Shown: positions 9,338 to 18,416 of the stretch, piece by piece
Position numbering within the stretch: position 1 is the first letter of the stretch
Layout: every line of letters starts with the position of its first letter
IMG/VR virus record: IMGVR_UViG_3300035534_000081
Coordinates: 1 to 37,335 of that record
Reading direction: 5' to 3' (one strand)
Source of the DNA: a virus
Taxonomy: Duplodnaviria > Caudoviricetes
DNA length: 37,335 nt
The notes under the pieces: model-generated
Told to the model about the DNA's origin: nothing
The model's database searches: none
The model's input: only the letters and a program-made list of their open reading frames with translations
Position numbers and translations under genes: made by a program

Positions 9338-9886
9338 TTATAAATCCTCCTCATAAGGTATTCCGTTGATTGTTCCTGTCACTTTTTCAATCGTGTCTAG
9401 TCTATCTTCAACAATGTCTCTAAAATTAAGTATTAAATCAAAACCGTATCTATTCTCAAAATCAGTCTCCAAAAACGCGGTCCTGTTCTGCACTTCAGTA
9501 ATATCTCTTATAGAACAGTTCCAGTTATCATGCAGCCAGATATCTCCACGATTAGGGATGTTAAACCACTCTCTAATCTGCTGCAGGTTATCAATTGCAT
9601 CCGGGCCAAATCCATTAAAAGATATTGTTGCATCCGGATATAAAATAGAAGTCCGCATTATATCACTTTCAAAGTTTTCATTTGCGCTCGGAACCACTTC
9701 ATCAGATTGCTGAATTGACTGCCTGGTATAATTGCCCGGCATTGAAATCATTTTATAAACAACTCTATTTTTTTCTAAATTACCTGGTGGAACTTCCTGA
9801 TCAGCTAATAAAATCTGTAAGTTGCCGCTGAAAATAGTATCTAATGGTCCCCACAAATCTTCTAAAAATTGTTTAGTATCTATCAT
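9338..9886 (-). CDS. Neck/tail terminator protein
   Basis: Position before the sheath gene; C-terminal ENRYGFDL motif. Confidence 0.65.
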   Translation of the reverse strand: MIDTKQFLEDLWGPLDTIFSGNLQILLADQEVPPGNLEKNRVVYKMISMPGNYTRQSIQQSDEVVPSANENFESDIMRTSILYPDATISFNGFGPDAIDNLQQIREWFNIPNRGDIWLHDNWNCSIRDITEVQNRTAFLETDFENRYGFDLILNFRDIVEDRLDTIEKVTGTINGIPYEEDL

Positions 9887-10233
9887 TGATTCTCAACTCG
9901 CTTCGCAAACCACTTAATAAAATCAGAATGAGTGGTCCTATCATCTGGCCTGTCTAACTCATAAGTTTCACCTTTATATTCAAGAGTATCTTCTTTCTTA
10001 AAACCAATATCCTCTGACTCGGGAAGGAATATTTTAATGTCTTTAGTTGTATACCCTAAACCATCATATCTGGCAACATCTTTAGTGCTGAAGGAAAATA
10101 TAGCGCAATCAACATCAATTTGAACAAGCTCGCCTTCTACCCAGTTAGGGCCATCAAAGTGACCTTCTCCAGTAGTGGTGAAAGTATAAGTGCTGCTATG
10201 CTTTTTGATTAACCTTTCAAATCTAGCTTTCAT
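9883..10233 (-). CDS. Head-closure/head-tail joining protein
   Basis: 116 aa, D.LEYKGETY motif; neck position. Confidence 0.6.
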   Translation of the reverse strand: MKARFERLIKKHSSTYTFTTTGEGHFDGPNWVEGELVQIDVDCAIFSFSTKDVARYDGLGYTTKDIKIFLPESEDIGFKKEDTLEYKGETYELDRPDDRTTHSDFIKWFAKRVENQ

Positions 10234-10234
10234 A

Positions 10235-10750
10235 TTAATTACTCCTTATTTTGTAGGTTATTCCTTCATCTCTTAACTTTCCACTGTTGATTAATGGGTT
10301 GCTGCTCTTTTTATTTCTTACTGTTGCCGGATGATTGGCTGGTTCTCTAAGCTTGGTCATATAAGATTGTATTTGAGTCACCATGATCTGGCCCAGTGAT
10401 TCCATTGCCGGTTTAGCTTTAGTTTTCATCATCAAAACATCAGTAATCAGCTTTTCCGCTTGCTTTTGTATTTTTTTCTGCCTATTATCAAAGCCAGCTC
10501 TCATGAAAGAACGTTCGGGTATTTTAACCTGCTCGGTGCTGTCGCTTAAATGTATTCCTATATAGTGCAGATATGATCTCATTTTGGGTGTCACATCTAT
10601 ATCAACACCAAACTCATGAACTCTTGCAATCATCAGCAACTCGCTATCATCTTCACCAAATACACCAATCTCGATATGATGATTCATGATATATCTCAAT
10701 TCTTTCTGAATATCAGGAATATGATTAAACCCTTCATTAACTTTTACCAT
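10235..10750 (-). CDS. Neck / virion morphogenesis protein (HK97 gp10-like)
   Basis: IARVHEFG, IPERSFMR and NPLINSG motifs. Confidence 0.75.
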   Translation of the reverse strand: MVKVNEGFNHIPDIQKELRYIMNHHIEIGVFGEDDSELLMIARVHEFGVDIDVTPKMRSYLHYIGIHLSDSTEQVKIPERSFMRAGFDNRQKKIQKQAEKLITDVLMMKTKAKPAMESLGQIMVTQIQSYMTKLREPANHPATVRNKKSSNPLINSGKLRDEGITYKIRSN

Positions 10751-11001
10751 TTGAATCGCCTAATATTGTGCAAAGGTTTCATTACACTTTCATAAAAATC
10801 TTTCTTGTTTCCAAAAGACTGCGATAAATCATCAATACTTTCCGAAAGGATATTATCATCACCAGGACTATGATTTGCTATCAAACTTTCTAAAACAATA
10901 GCTGCTTCTCCTGGTGGGCTGGTCCAATCAATTTCATAGCCTACATAACCATCAATAATATCTTGATAAGCATTTTTTATTTCTTCTTCCGTCATAGTCA
11001 T
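10744..11001 (-). CDS. Head-tail connector (gp6/gp15-like)
   Basis: SESIDDLSQSF motif; position after the capsid genes. Confidence 0.65.
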   Translation of the reverse strand: MTMTEEEIKNAYQDIIDGYVGYEIDWTSPPGEAAIVLESLIANHSPGDDNILSESIDDLSQSFGNKKDFYESVMKPLHNIRRFKW

Positions 11002-11183
11002 TATTTATCACTTTCTTTCAGCACAGCTATAGCATCATCTTTTCTTAAATTATTATCAAATCCTGGTATATCATACCAACCGCCACCAATGTGGTAATTC
11101 TTTATTTTTTCTTCATAATTTACTTCTTTCTCTTTTTCAGCGGCTAATCTTCTTCTCATCCTATTAAATCCTGTAAGGCTCAT
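11001..11183 (-). CDS. Small post-capsid protein
   Basis: True start is likely ATG 11183 (GGAGGTG RBS): MSLTGFNRMRR...HIGGGWY. Confidence 0.65.
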   Translation of the reverse strand: MSLTGFNRMRRRLAAEKEKEVNYEEKIKNYHIGGGWYDIPGFDNNLRKDDAIAVLKESDK

Positions 11184-11195
11184 AACTTCACCTCC

Positions 11196-11221
11196 AAAAA
11201 GAAAAGCCGGGAAACCCCGGC
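11196..11221 (-). terminator. Intrinsic terminator/attenuator after the major capsid gene
   Basis: GCCGGG-GTTT-CCCGGC stem-loop followed by TTTTCTTTTT on the minus strand. Confidence 0.8.
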
Positions 11222-11230
11222 ACAACTTCA

Positions 11231-12217
11231 TTAACCATTAGTAACAATCTTAACCATTCTAATGTTTTTCTGGGGATATACTCTATCCCAGTTAGCAGCA
11301 TCTTCGCATTCTGCATTAGTTGGAAATGTAGCTGCAACAGAACTTTCTGTCCATTTAACTCCTCTAGGATGCAGAATAAAGTTTCTACGGTTAATTAATA
11401 CATCTTGATCAGCAAGAGCATCTCTGGCATCTTCTACAGGGTTTTTAACATTTCCTTCCCCATATCCAATGGCTCCACTACCGAACATATATGAGGTATA
11501 CTTTTTGCCAGAAATACTTGCATCTGCAACAGGCACTCCATCATCAACAATGATTGTCATTCCTAAGAATGTACCAAAACCAATATCAATATCACTTTCT
11601 GGGTAGTATTCAACTAACTGCTTTTTCTGCAGGTTAGTGTGAACCTGTGAGTGCATTGTAATAGCAGCTAAATCGCCTTTGGCATCCCCAAGCTTCTGCT
11701 TAGAATCTAAGATTACACCACCATCAAGCTCAACAGCTCCATTTGTGTCTACATCTTCATCAGCAACATCATTAACTAAGTCGCTGGAATCATTTGCAGT
11801 ATTATCAGCAAATACACCTGTAAGAGTCGCGATAAGTAGAACCTGCATTCTTCTTGCCCAATAATCAGCTACACGATCACCGATAGCTTCCATTGGGTTT
11901 GCTCCTGATAATTCAGCAGCTAAGTCTTCAACTCCCCAGGCTTGAGCTCTAGCATGCAATCTTGCAATGTCTTTTCCAGTAGTGATGTTGTTTACAGTTA
12001 AAGTGCTATCTGTATCCCTAACCTGATCATCACCATCTAAATCATTAAAAAACGGCATGTTAATTAAATCTCCACCACCATTTAATTGTTCATCAATTCT
12101 TGGGTCAGTGGAAATAATTCCACTTTGGAATAATGCTGATTTCTCTTTTGTTCTCTCAATAGTATAAGGCACCCATACCTCAGGTATTATAATATCTCCT
12201 ACCAATGTTGCGGCCAT
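11231..12217 (-). CDS. Major capsid protein
   Basis: 328 aa; DIIIPEVW.PY, INMPFFNDL, LSGANPMEAIG, MHS and R.FILHPRG motifs; follows the scaffold gene. Confidence 0.93.
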   Translation of the reverse strand: MAATLVGDIIIPEVWVPYTIERTKEKSALFQSGIISTDPRIDEQLNGGGDLINMPFFNDLDGDDQVRDTDSTLTVNNITTGKDIARLHARAQAWGVEDLAAELSGANPMEAIGDRVADYWARRMQVLLIATLTGVFADNTANDSSDLVNDVADEDVDTNGAVELDGGVILDSKQKLGDAKGDLAAITMHSQVHTNLQKKQLVEYYPESDIDIGFGTFLGMTIIVDDGVPVADASISGKKYTSYMFGSGAIGYGEGNVKNPVEDARDALADQDVLINRRNFILHPRGVKWTESSVAATFPTNAECEDAANWDRVYPQKNIRMVKIVTNG

Positions 12218-12243
12218 TTATAACATCTCCTTTAAAATTTTAT

Positions 12244-12894
12244 TTATAATCCATATGTTGCGGGATTTTTACCAGCAGCTTTAATTAACTTTTTAGCTGT
12301 CTCTGGCTTTTCTTTTACTAATTCGCCCTGCTTTTTCAAGTTAAAAGTATCGCTTGCGAATGGATTATCGACTATTTTACCTTCATCACCATCTTGCGGT
12401 TTATTTCCTGTAATCTTTTCTTTGGCAAATGCAGATGGTCTTTTTTCTTTAGCTTTTTCTCTCTGGCTTTCATAATTCATAAGTTTTCCATCTTCGCTAA
12501 GTTCTAAATTATCAATGTCAAAATCATTTGCCACAAGATCGACTAAATCTTCTGGCACATTATCTGCAAGAAGATTTTTTTCAAGAGCATTCTTTGTTTT
12601 AATATTCTTTATTCTTGCCTCTTCCTGCTCTTTATAGTCGCTATATTCGCTTTGTATCTCATTAAGTTTTTCTTTGAGTTCATCAGCATTCTCAGCTTTA
12701 ACTTCAAGATTATCTACTTTTTCATTCATTGCATCAAGTTGAGTTTTGGCAGTATCCAATTCAGATTGCAGTTCATCAACTTTCTCTGCTTTTTTGTTAT
12801 ATTGTTCTTTAGGAACTGCATGTTTAGGAAATTCTTGCTTGACTTTTTCCAACTGTTCGTCATCTAATTCCAATAATTTCTTTAACCATTCCAT
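12244..12894 (-). CDS. Capsid scaffolding protein (GP20-like)
   Basis: VPKEQYN motif, long acidic coiled coil, C-terminal NPF..DTFNL..QG. Confidence 0.85.
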   Translation of the reverse strand: MEWLKKLLELDDEQLEKVKQEFPKHAVPKEQYNKKAEKVDELQSELDTAKTQLDAMNEKVDNLEVKAENADELKEKLNEIQSEYSDYKEQEEARIKNIKTKNALEKNLLADNVPEDLVDLVANDFDIDNLELSEDGKLMNYESQREKAKEKRPSAFAKEKITGNKPQDGDEGKIVDNPFASDTFNLKKQGELVKEKPETAKKLIKAAGKNPATYGL

Positions 12895-12913
12895 CTATTA
12901 ACATCTCCTTTTA

Positions 12914-12999
12914 GTTTTTATAGTGTACTGCACTTTAGGATTAGCTTTTATAGTCTTGTGCTGACTACGATTGAGTTTATAGACTTCCCAGGTCAGTCA
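12914..12999 (-). repeat. Three hairpin+CTATAAA units in the scaffold 5' leader
   Basis: TTTATAG (+ strand) at 12917, 12947 and 12976, each next to a short stem-loop. Confidence 0.7.
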
Positions 13000-13000
13000 A

Positions 13001-13240
13001 CTATTTAGCTTTTTTGATAATTTTAAAATCTATTGTGTCTTCAAATTCTTTTTGGTTACTTACAGCAACTAAGCATTCATAATTAACACTTTTCTCTAGA
13101 TCATTCAACTTATTCCCTTCGCAATCATACTTATCTCTAATAACTAAACCTAATATAGCAACTTCATCATCGCAACAAACAACTTCTCTTTCGTGTCCAT
13201 CAAAAATAACTGTGTCACCTTTGCCAAAAATTCTAGACAT
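13001..13240 (-). CDS. Hypothetical protein
   Basis: 79 aa with GGGGG RBS, in the head operon. Confidence 0.6.
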   Translation of the reverse strand: MSRIFGKGDTVIFDGHEREVVCCDDEVAILGLVIRDKYDCEGNKLNDLEKSVNYECLVAVSNQKEFEDTIDFKIIKKAK

Positions 13241-13250
13241 TTTATCCCCC

Positions 13251-13622
13251 TTATGTTATCTTTGTGTATCCAGAAATAAATATTGTAGCTTGATTTTGGG
13301 TATCATTAATCAAGGTTAAAGTAGTGTCTTCTCCTTCTTTTCCTTTGAGAGCAGTTGAAAATTCTATTTCTAAAGGCTGGCCAGTAATGAATGATTCCAT
13401 CACAGTAGTTGAATTAGTCAATAGCTCAACCTTTCCCGCCGCATTATCAGCCTCAAAACTGGCTCCAACATGAGTAATGAAATGTGTTTTTCCAGTTTCT
13501 CCAGGAACGGTTAATACTGCATTTTCATTTGCTGGATGTGTGTCTGAATAACTCCAATCTGTTTCAGCCGTCTCGAATATACTCTTAATTAATTGCCATA
13601 TCTTATAAAGCGATGTAATCAC
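13251..13622 (-). CDS. Hypothetical beta-rich protein (possible virion accessory)
   Basis: 123 aa, Thr/Gly-rich with a beta-strand pattern. Confidence 0.55.
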   Translation of the reverse strand: MITSLYKIWQLIKSIFETAETDWSYSDTHPANENAVLTVPGETGKTHFITHVGASFEADNAAGKVELLTNSTTVMESFITGQPLEIEFSTALKGKEGEDTTLTLINDTQNQATIFISGYTKIT

Positions 13623-13627
13623 CTCTC

Positions 13628-14503
13628 TTATTCATCATCAGTATTTACTACATAACCAGCTATACATCTGCAGTTAATATCATCAGCTGCTACTCCCAAC
13701 TGTCCAGGAGTCGGCCCTTTGCCTCCAGTTTGTTCATTAACAAAATCTTGATCAACTGGTATTGGATCATCTTCATTGTATTTACTGTCCATATGGTTAT
13801 GAGAACTTCTAACTCTTTCGTCTTCTGAAGACATCCAATATTTTTTCATGTCAACCCCCTGGTTAACTGCATGCTCAACACTGTCATATTTTGATTTTTC
13901 CATAACTCTATGAGATTCGGTCCTAACTATTCTTTCGGCTTTTTCTACATCTCCTTCAAGGGTTTTTTTGAGCCTTTTAGACATGTTAGAGTATGTTTCT
14001 CCTTGATATAGTCCTTGGCCGACAGTTTCGCGTACTCTGCCGATTATATATCTTCTTCTGCGTTCCAACCTGTCATTGAGGGTTAACCCGCTAACAGGCA
14101 TCTGCAGTGCTTTTTGAACAACCTCATTTTTGACCTGACCTCTTATAACTCTTTCTGCAGCATCCTCAATAAATTTTTGGGTAGTTGTAAAACTGCTCTT
14201 GTAAGTTTGTCTTAATACTTCCCTGGTTAACTTTGATGCACTTACATGAGTAGCTTGAACAGCTGCAGCCAATTCAGCATCTAATTTCTTTTTTCTGGTG
14301 TACTTAGTCATTTCTTCATAAGTCAATTCACCATCCTCATTTGCATACTTGTCATATCTTTTACGAATAATATTTCTGGTTTCTTCAAGGGCTTCTGCAT
14401 ACTCTCTGGCTATCTTTTTCATAGTTTTATCAGCTATTTTATCTATTTCCCGCTGAAGCTTATTAAACTCATCAAATAAATTATCCTTGGCCATTTTCAC
14501 CAT
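13628..14503 (-). CDS. Minor head protein (SPP1 gp7 / Mu F family)
   Basis: AERIVRTE, K.W.SS.DERVRSSH and INCRC motifs. Confidence 0.9.
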   Translation of the reverse strand: MVKMAKDNLFDEFNKLQREIDKIADKTMKKIAREYAEALEETRNIIRKRYDKYANEDGELTYEEMTKYTRKKKLDAELAAAVQATHVSASKLTREVLRQTYKSSFTTTQKFIEDAAERVIRGQVKNEVVQKALQMPVSGLTLNDRLERRRRYIIGRVRETVGQGLYQGETYSNMSKRLKKTLEGDVEKAERIVRTESHRVMEKSKYDSVEHAVNQGVDMKKYWMSSEDERVRSSHNHMDSKYNEDDPIPVDQDFVNEQTGGKGPTPGQLGVAADDINCRCIAGYVVNTDDE

Positions 14504-15941
14504 CGCCTACGTCATCTAGGTTATATCCAGAGCCTTCGTTTTCCATCTTAGCTTTTTCCTCTTCTGAATCATTAACCCATGGGTGATTGCTCAATCTGGT
14601 ATCTTCTGAAACATTATCTTTTTGACCATTGTTAGCATTAAGCAGTTCGACTTCGTTGATCATCATAGATCTATCAAAGGTAATATCATCAAGTTCTATT
14701 TCAGATTTACCCTTTATTTCTCTGTATCTATTTACAAAATACATAAAGCTATTAATAAATCTCTTTATCTCATCTTCAAACTGATCAGCTTTGAGGTCCA
14801 GATTAGCAAATCTAGCTTTAATTACTACATTTGTTAAGCTACCACCCTGCAAATTGTTAGGATTAACTCCCTGGCCAAAAGTAAATATATCTTTTTCTAA
14901 ACCTTCCTTAGCTTCTTTCCTCGCTTCATGAGGTATATCAATAGTTTCTGGCCTTGCATCACCATCTTCAGCAACTTTCAATGATCGATATTTTTTAACC
15001 TGGTCTAAGAATGTATTAAGATTTTCGCCATCATATCCTTTGAGAATCCAATAAACATCCTGGAAATCCTCTAAGTTATTAACAAAATCAGAGTTAACTA
15101 CATCATAAGCATCAATAAATCTTTTTACTGGCTGCAGGTCATAGTCTCCCTCATCATTGTTGTAGAGTGGCACAAACGGGACCTTGCCCCAACTTAATCC
15201 TTTAGACTCTTGTATTCTTTCACCTAAAAAGGTGTCTTTTTGAAAATGATATTTTGGATTTGGATAAGCTCTGCCAAATATCATGGCCATTTCAGTTTCA
15301 TCAAGCAAGTGATATTTGCTATCTTCTGTAGTCTCCTGGTAATAAGTAACTTGTTCATCATCCCATACTTCAACTCTATTCACTTTAACCGCTTTACTTT
15401 CATTATTGAGAGTGGTCACTGAATAATATCTTATAATCATCTCTAACTCTTCGCTATTATGAGTTGAATAAACTGGTATAATCTGTTCAGTAGGTATTTT
15501 TTTGTAACCAAAATCTCCGTTTTCATCAATATAAACCTGAGCCCAGGCTATTGCTTTCTTGCTTGATTCTTTGCCTAATTTTTTAACATCAGATTGAAAG
15601 TCTTTACCCACAATCTCTTGGAATCCGTCATCATCGCTTGTGCTGATTGTCATATCATTACCTAAAAGATAGTTAACTTTCTGGTCGATAAGTATCTTAA
15701 GATAACCGGAAGCAAGCTTATTATTTGCTTTATAAGGGTCTTCCATTTCAACTGGATCACCATTATCATCCTGTGCATAAATATAGAACTTCCTGTTCAT
15801 TATCTCTGTATTTTCTGAGCGATAATAATCAGAACCAAGCTCCATCTTTTCTTTTTTCTCGCTTTGTTCAAAATCACCGATATAAGTATTGATTAGTTCA
15901 GTTACAGCTTCAGGCACTTCAAATTGATTAATTCTGTTCAC
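14481..15941 (-). CDS. Portal protein (SPP1 gp6 family)
   Basis: NNKL, IDQKVNYLLG, WGKVPF and IDAYD motifs; start likely GTG 15941 after the GGGGTGGT RBS. Confidence 0.92.
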   Translation of the reverse strand: MNRINQFEVPEAVTELINTYIGDFEQSEKKEKMELGSDYYRSENTEIMNRKFYIYAQDDNGDPVEMEDPYKANNKLASGYLKILIDQKVNYLLGNDMTISTSDDDGFQEIVGKDFQSDVKKLGKESSKKAIAWAQVYIDENGDFGYKKIPTEQIIPVYSTHNSEELEMIIRYYSVTTLNNESKAVKVNRVEVWDDEQVTYYQETTEDSKYHLLDETEMAMIFGRAYPNPKYHFQKDTFLGERIQESKGLSWGKVPFVPLYNNDEGDYDLQPVKRFIDAYDVVNSDFVNNLEDFQDVYWILKGYDGENLNTFLDQVKKYRSLKVAEDGDARPETIDIPHEARKEAKEGLEKDIFTFGQGVNPNNLQGGSLTNVVIKARFANLDLKADQFEDEIKRFINSFMYFVNRYREIKGKSEIELDDITFDRSMMINEVELLNANNGQKDNVSEDTRLSNHPWVNDSEEEKAKMENEGSGYNLDDVGDGENGQG

Positions 15942-15942
15942 T

Positions 15943-17256
15943 TTACCACCCCCAACTCTCTTTATCTCCATGCTTAAAGTACATAGCTATGTTATCAATG
16001 CAGTCATCATGCTTGTTTTCTTTAGGGTCCTTGTTATAATCCATTACCTCAGTTATAAAATCATTATAATCTTCATCTCCATCGTCACGAACAAAAAAAT
16101 CAACTCTCATTCTACCGGATTGACTAAGAATTTTTTCATGTTTATTTTCTGTTGATCTAAACTTGCTGACCTTGATTTTCTTTCTGGTTTTTTTCTTAAG
16201 CTCACTTTCATAATAAAGCCCTTCGTGATTTTCCTCTACTCTAACATTTTGAGGCTCAAATTTATTAATCATGCTGGCCATAATTGGTATGACAATATTA
16301 GCATCACGATCATCTTTATAAGCTGACACTAGGTAATGATGTTCTTCATCATACTTAGCATATATTCCAAGAGTGGCACTATCTTCACCGCTGGAAGCAG
16401 TATCGACTATTGCAGTTAATTTTGCTGCTTGACTTAGTTCTAATTTTGATAGACTGAATTTACTTAGCTCTTTAAGCAGCGTCCCTTCAGGCTTAACAAA
16501 CTTACCCTCAGCAAGCATCTTGTATAAATCTGGGTCACTATGCTTTAATTCTTCGATGGCTGCTATCTGCTGCAGAGTTAGATATCTATTATCTTTGTAA
16601 GTGGTAACTATAACCATACAGGTAGTAACTACTTCCTGATCACCAACTTCAACCACTATATCTTTAGTAAATACTTTTGGCCTTCCATCATCAAAGTACT
16701 CAAAAACTTGATCGGGTTTCTGCTTAAAAAAATAATTGTTTATAAATCCATCTTGATTGATAGGATTCATTGTAAGGAATAACTTTCTATCTTGAGGGTT
16801 ACCACCCCGCAGCTGCATCTGTAAAGCTTTAAACTGTTCATAGGTAATATTTTGAGCCTCTTCATACCAGGCTGATGTTATTCCATTTAAAGATTTGACT
16901 CTTTTCTGCTGCTTTTTTGAGTGATAGCCTTTAAATAAAACAGAATTACCTGTAGCTTTATGCACTATCCTTGGAGGTTGTTTTGTATCATGAAAGATGC
17001 TGCTATAACCAAACTCTTCTATTCTGTCGATTATATTGGTCTTAACACCTTCGTTGATATTTGTTTCAACATCCTCAACCACCAAAAACTTATAATCATC
17101 AGCATTATTGAGCATCATTGTTGAATACTGTCCCATAAAGTGAGTTTTACCTGAATTACGACCACCAACTAAAATATAGACTGGATAATCAGTATCTAAA
17201 ACATAATCATAGTAAATAGGCAGTATCTCAATATTTTTAACTTTTTTATCCGCCAT
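15943..17256 (-). CDS. terL: Terminase large subunit (PBSX/SPP1-like, probably headful packaging)
   Basis: Walker A GGRNSGKT, Walker B AWYEEA, LTMNP, nuclease motifs IVD and HDDCID. Confidence 0.95.
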   Translation of the reverse strand: MADKKVKNIEILPIYYDYVLDTDYPVYILVGGRNSGKTHFMGQYSTMMLNNADDYKFLVVEDVETNINEGVKTNIIDRIEEFGYSSIFHDTKQPPRIVHKATGNSVLFKGYHSKKQQKRVKSLNGITSAWYEEAQNITYEQFKALQMQLRGGNPQDRKLFLTMNPINQDGFINNYFFKQKPDQVFEYFDDGRPKVFTKDIVVEVGDQEVVTTCMVIVTTYKDNRYLTLQQIAAIEELKHSDPDLYKMLAEGKFVKPEGTLLKELSKFSLSKLELSQAAKLTAIVDTASSGEDSATLGIYAKYDEEHHYLVSAYKDDRDANIVIPIMASMINKFEPQNVRVEENHEGLYYESELKKKTRKKIKVSKFRSTENKHEKILSQSGRMRVDFFVRDDGDEDYNDFITEVMDYNKDPKENKHDDCIDNIAMYFKHGDKESWGW

Positions 17257-17809
17257 TTTCTTTTCCTCTAACTAGATTGATGGTTGGCAGCTCATTAATT
17301 TCTAATTCTTTTTTGTCAACAAATATAGCATATCTTTTACCAAGCAGTTCGGCAGCTTTTGTTCTTTCTCTTATTTTGGGAGGTTGTCTTATCTCTCTTT
17401 CTTGGCCACGGTCATCAAAAAAGATATCAACTTCATCTTTTTCTCCCCTCATTACTTCTGTAAGATATTCTAAAACTTCATCCTGAGTTGCTATTCTTGC
17501 CGCTTCTTTTTCTTTGAGCCTTTTTTCTATATATTTTTTAATGTGAGGTTTAGTCAAGTTTTCATGACCAATCTCTTTTGCGCTATTTTTACTATAGCCA
17601 GCTTTAATTGCTGCATCAGTTGCGTTTAGAGATATAATATACTCATCAGCAAAAGCTTTTTGTTTTTCAGTTAAATCTAAATCATTATTTTTTTCAACTG
17701 GATGTTGCCAGCATCTCCACTCTTTTGGAGCTTGTTCATCTTCAAATTCTTTTTCTCTGGTGCATCTACTTCCATCACTTTTTAGACCAATACATCTTAA
17801 TTTCTTCAC
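17246..17809 (-). CDS. terS: Terminase small subunit with N-terminal Cys/His zinc-finger
   Basis: LTEKQKAFADEY..LNATDAAIKAGYS and R.KAAELLGK motifs; start likely GTG 17809 after AGGAGGTG. Confidence 0.92.
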   Translation of the reverse strand: MKKLRCIGLKSDGSRCTREKEFEDEQAPKEWRCWQHPVEKNNDLDLTEKQKAFADEYIISLNATDAAIKAGYSKNSAKEIGHENLTKPHIKKYIEKRLKEKEAARIATQDEVLEYLTEVMRGEKDEVDIFFDDRGQEREIRQPPKIRERTKAAELLGKRYAIFVDKKELEINELPTINLVRGKENGG

Positions 17810-17924
17810 TGACAACACCTCCTATTACTTATTAGTTAATATATTAATATAAATATATATAAGCTCTATAGTTATATATAAACATAACTTCAAACTTTCA
17901 AAAAAACCCACAAAAAAAGTTTTC

Positions 17925-18101
17925 TTAAATCACTGTGCCGATTATCTTTTTTTTGCCGTTTACTTTTGTGTAAATGTGATAACATTGTTTGTCAAATTCA
18001 TTAAAACTGTGAATATCCAACCAACCCTTTCTATAACCTTGAACGTGATCAGTAAAGTTTTTCTGCAAATACTGCTCAATTCTATCTGGATAACGAAACA
18101 T
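17925..18101 (-). CDS. Small hypothetical protein (58 aa), not in the ORF track
   Basis: GGAG RBS, then MFRYPDRIEQYLQKNF...KKIIGTVI*. Confidence 0.6.
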   Translation of the reverse strand: MFRYPDRIEQYLQKNFTDHVQGYRKGWLDIHSFNEFDKQCYHIYTKVNGKKKIIGTVI

Positions 18102-18207
18102 CTTATCAACTCCAAAATATATTTTAAAGGGCAGCCTTTATACGGAGAGTAATCGCTTTTGCTGCACTCAAACAGCTGTGAGATTATTTCCACTGCCCTT
18201 TGTTTAA

Positions 18208-18372
18208 ATAATTAAAGCCCTGGAATCTCAACCAGGGCAATCGAAAGGAGGTGAACATTAATGAAAAAACTGGCTTACCAGTTAATTGCATAATAATAGC
18301 CCCAGCTCTGGATAACTGGGGCTTATAATAGGAGTGAATAATTGAAAAAGCTTTTTAGATTTATTTCCACAC
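18208..18372 (-). ncRNA. Candidate structured RNA with two anti-Shine-Dalgarno modules
   Basis: Hairpins at ~18298-18323, ~18268-18283 and ~18217-18238, separated by UUUUUCA..UUCAC(C)UCCU tracts; TGTGATATTCT extended -10-like element just upstream. Confidence 0.45.
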
Positions 18373-18416
18373 TATTAGAATATCACATTATAACAATAAT
18401 TCTACTCGCAGAGTAA

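Noticed and set aside
12914-12999. Mini CRISPR array
   Set aside because: The shared sequence is only ~7-10 nt with a ~30-nt period and there are no cas genes; better explained as an RNA leader.
17960-18193. 77-aa minus-strand ORF in the track
   Set aside because: Starts inside a stem-loop without a good RBS; the overlapping 58-aa frame at 18101-17925 has a proper SD and ATG.
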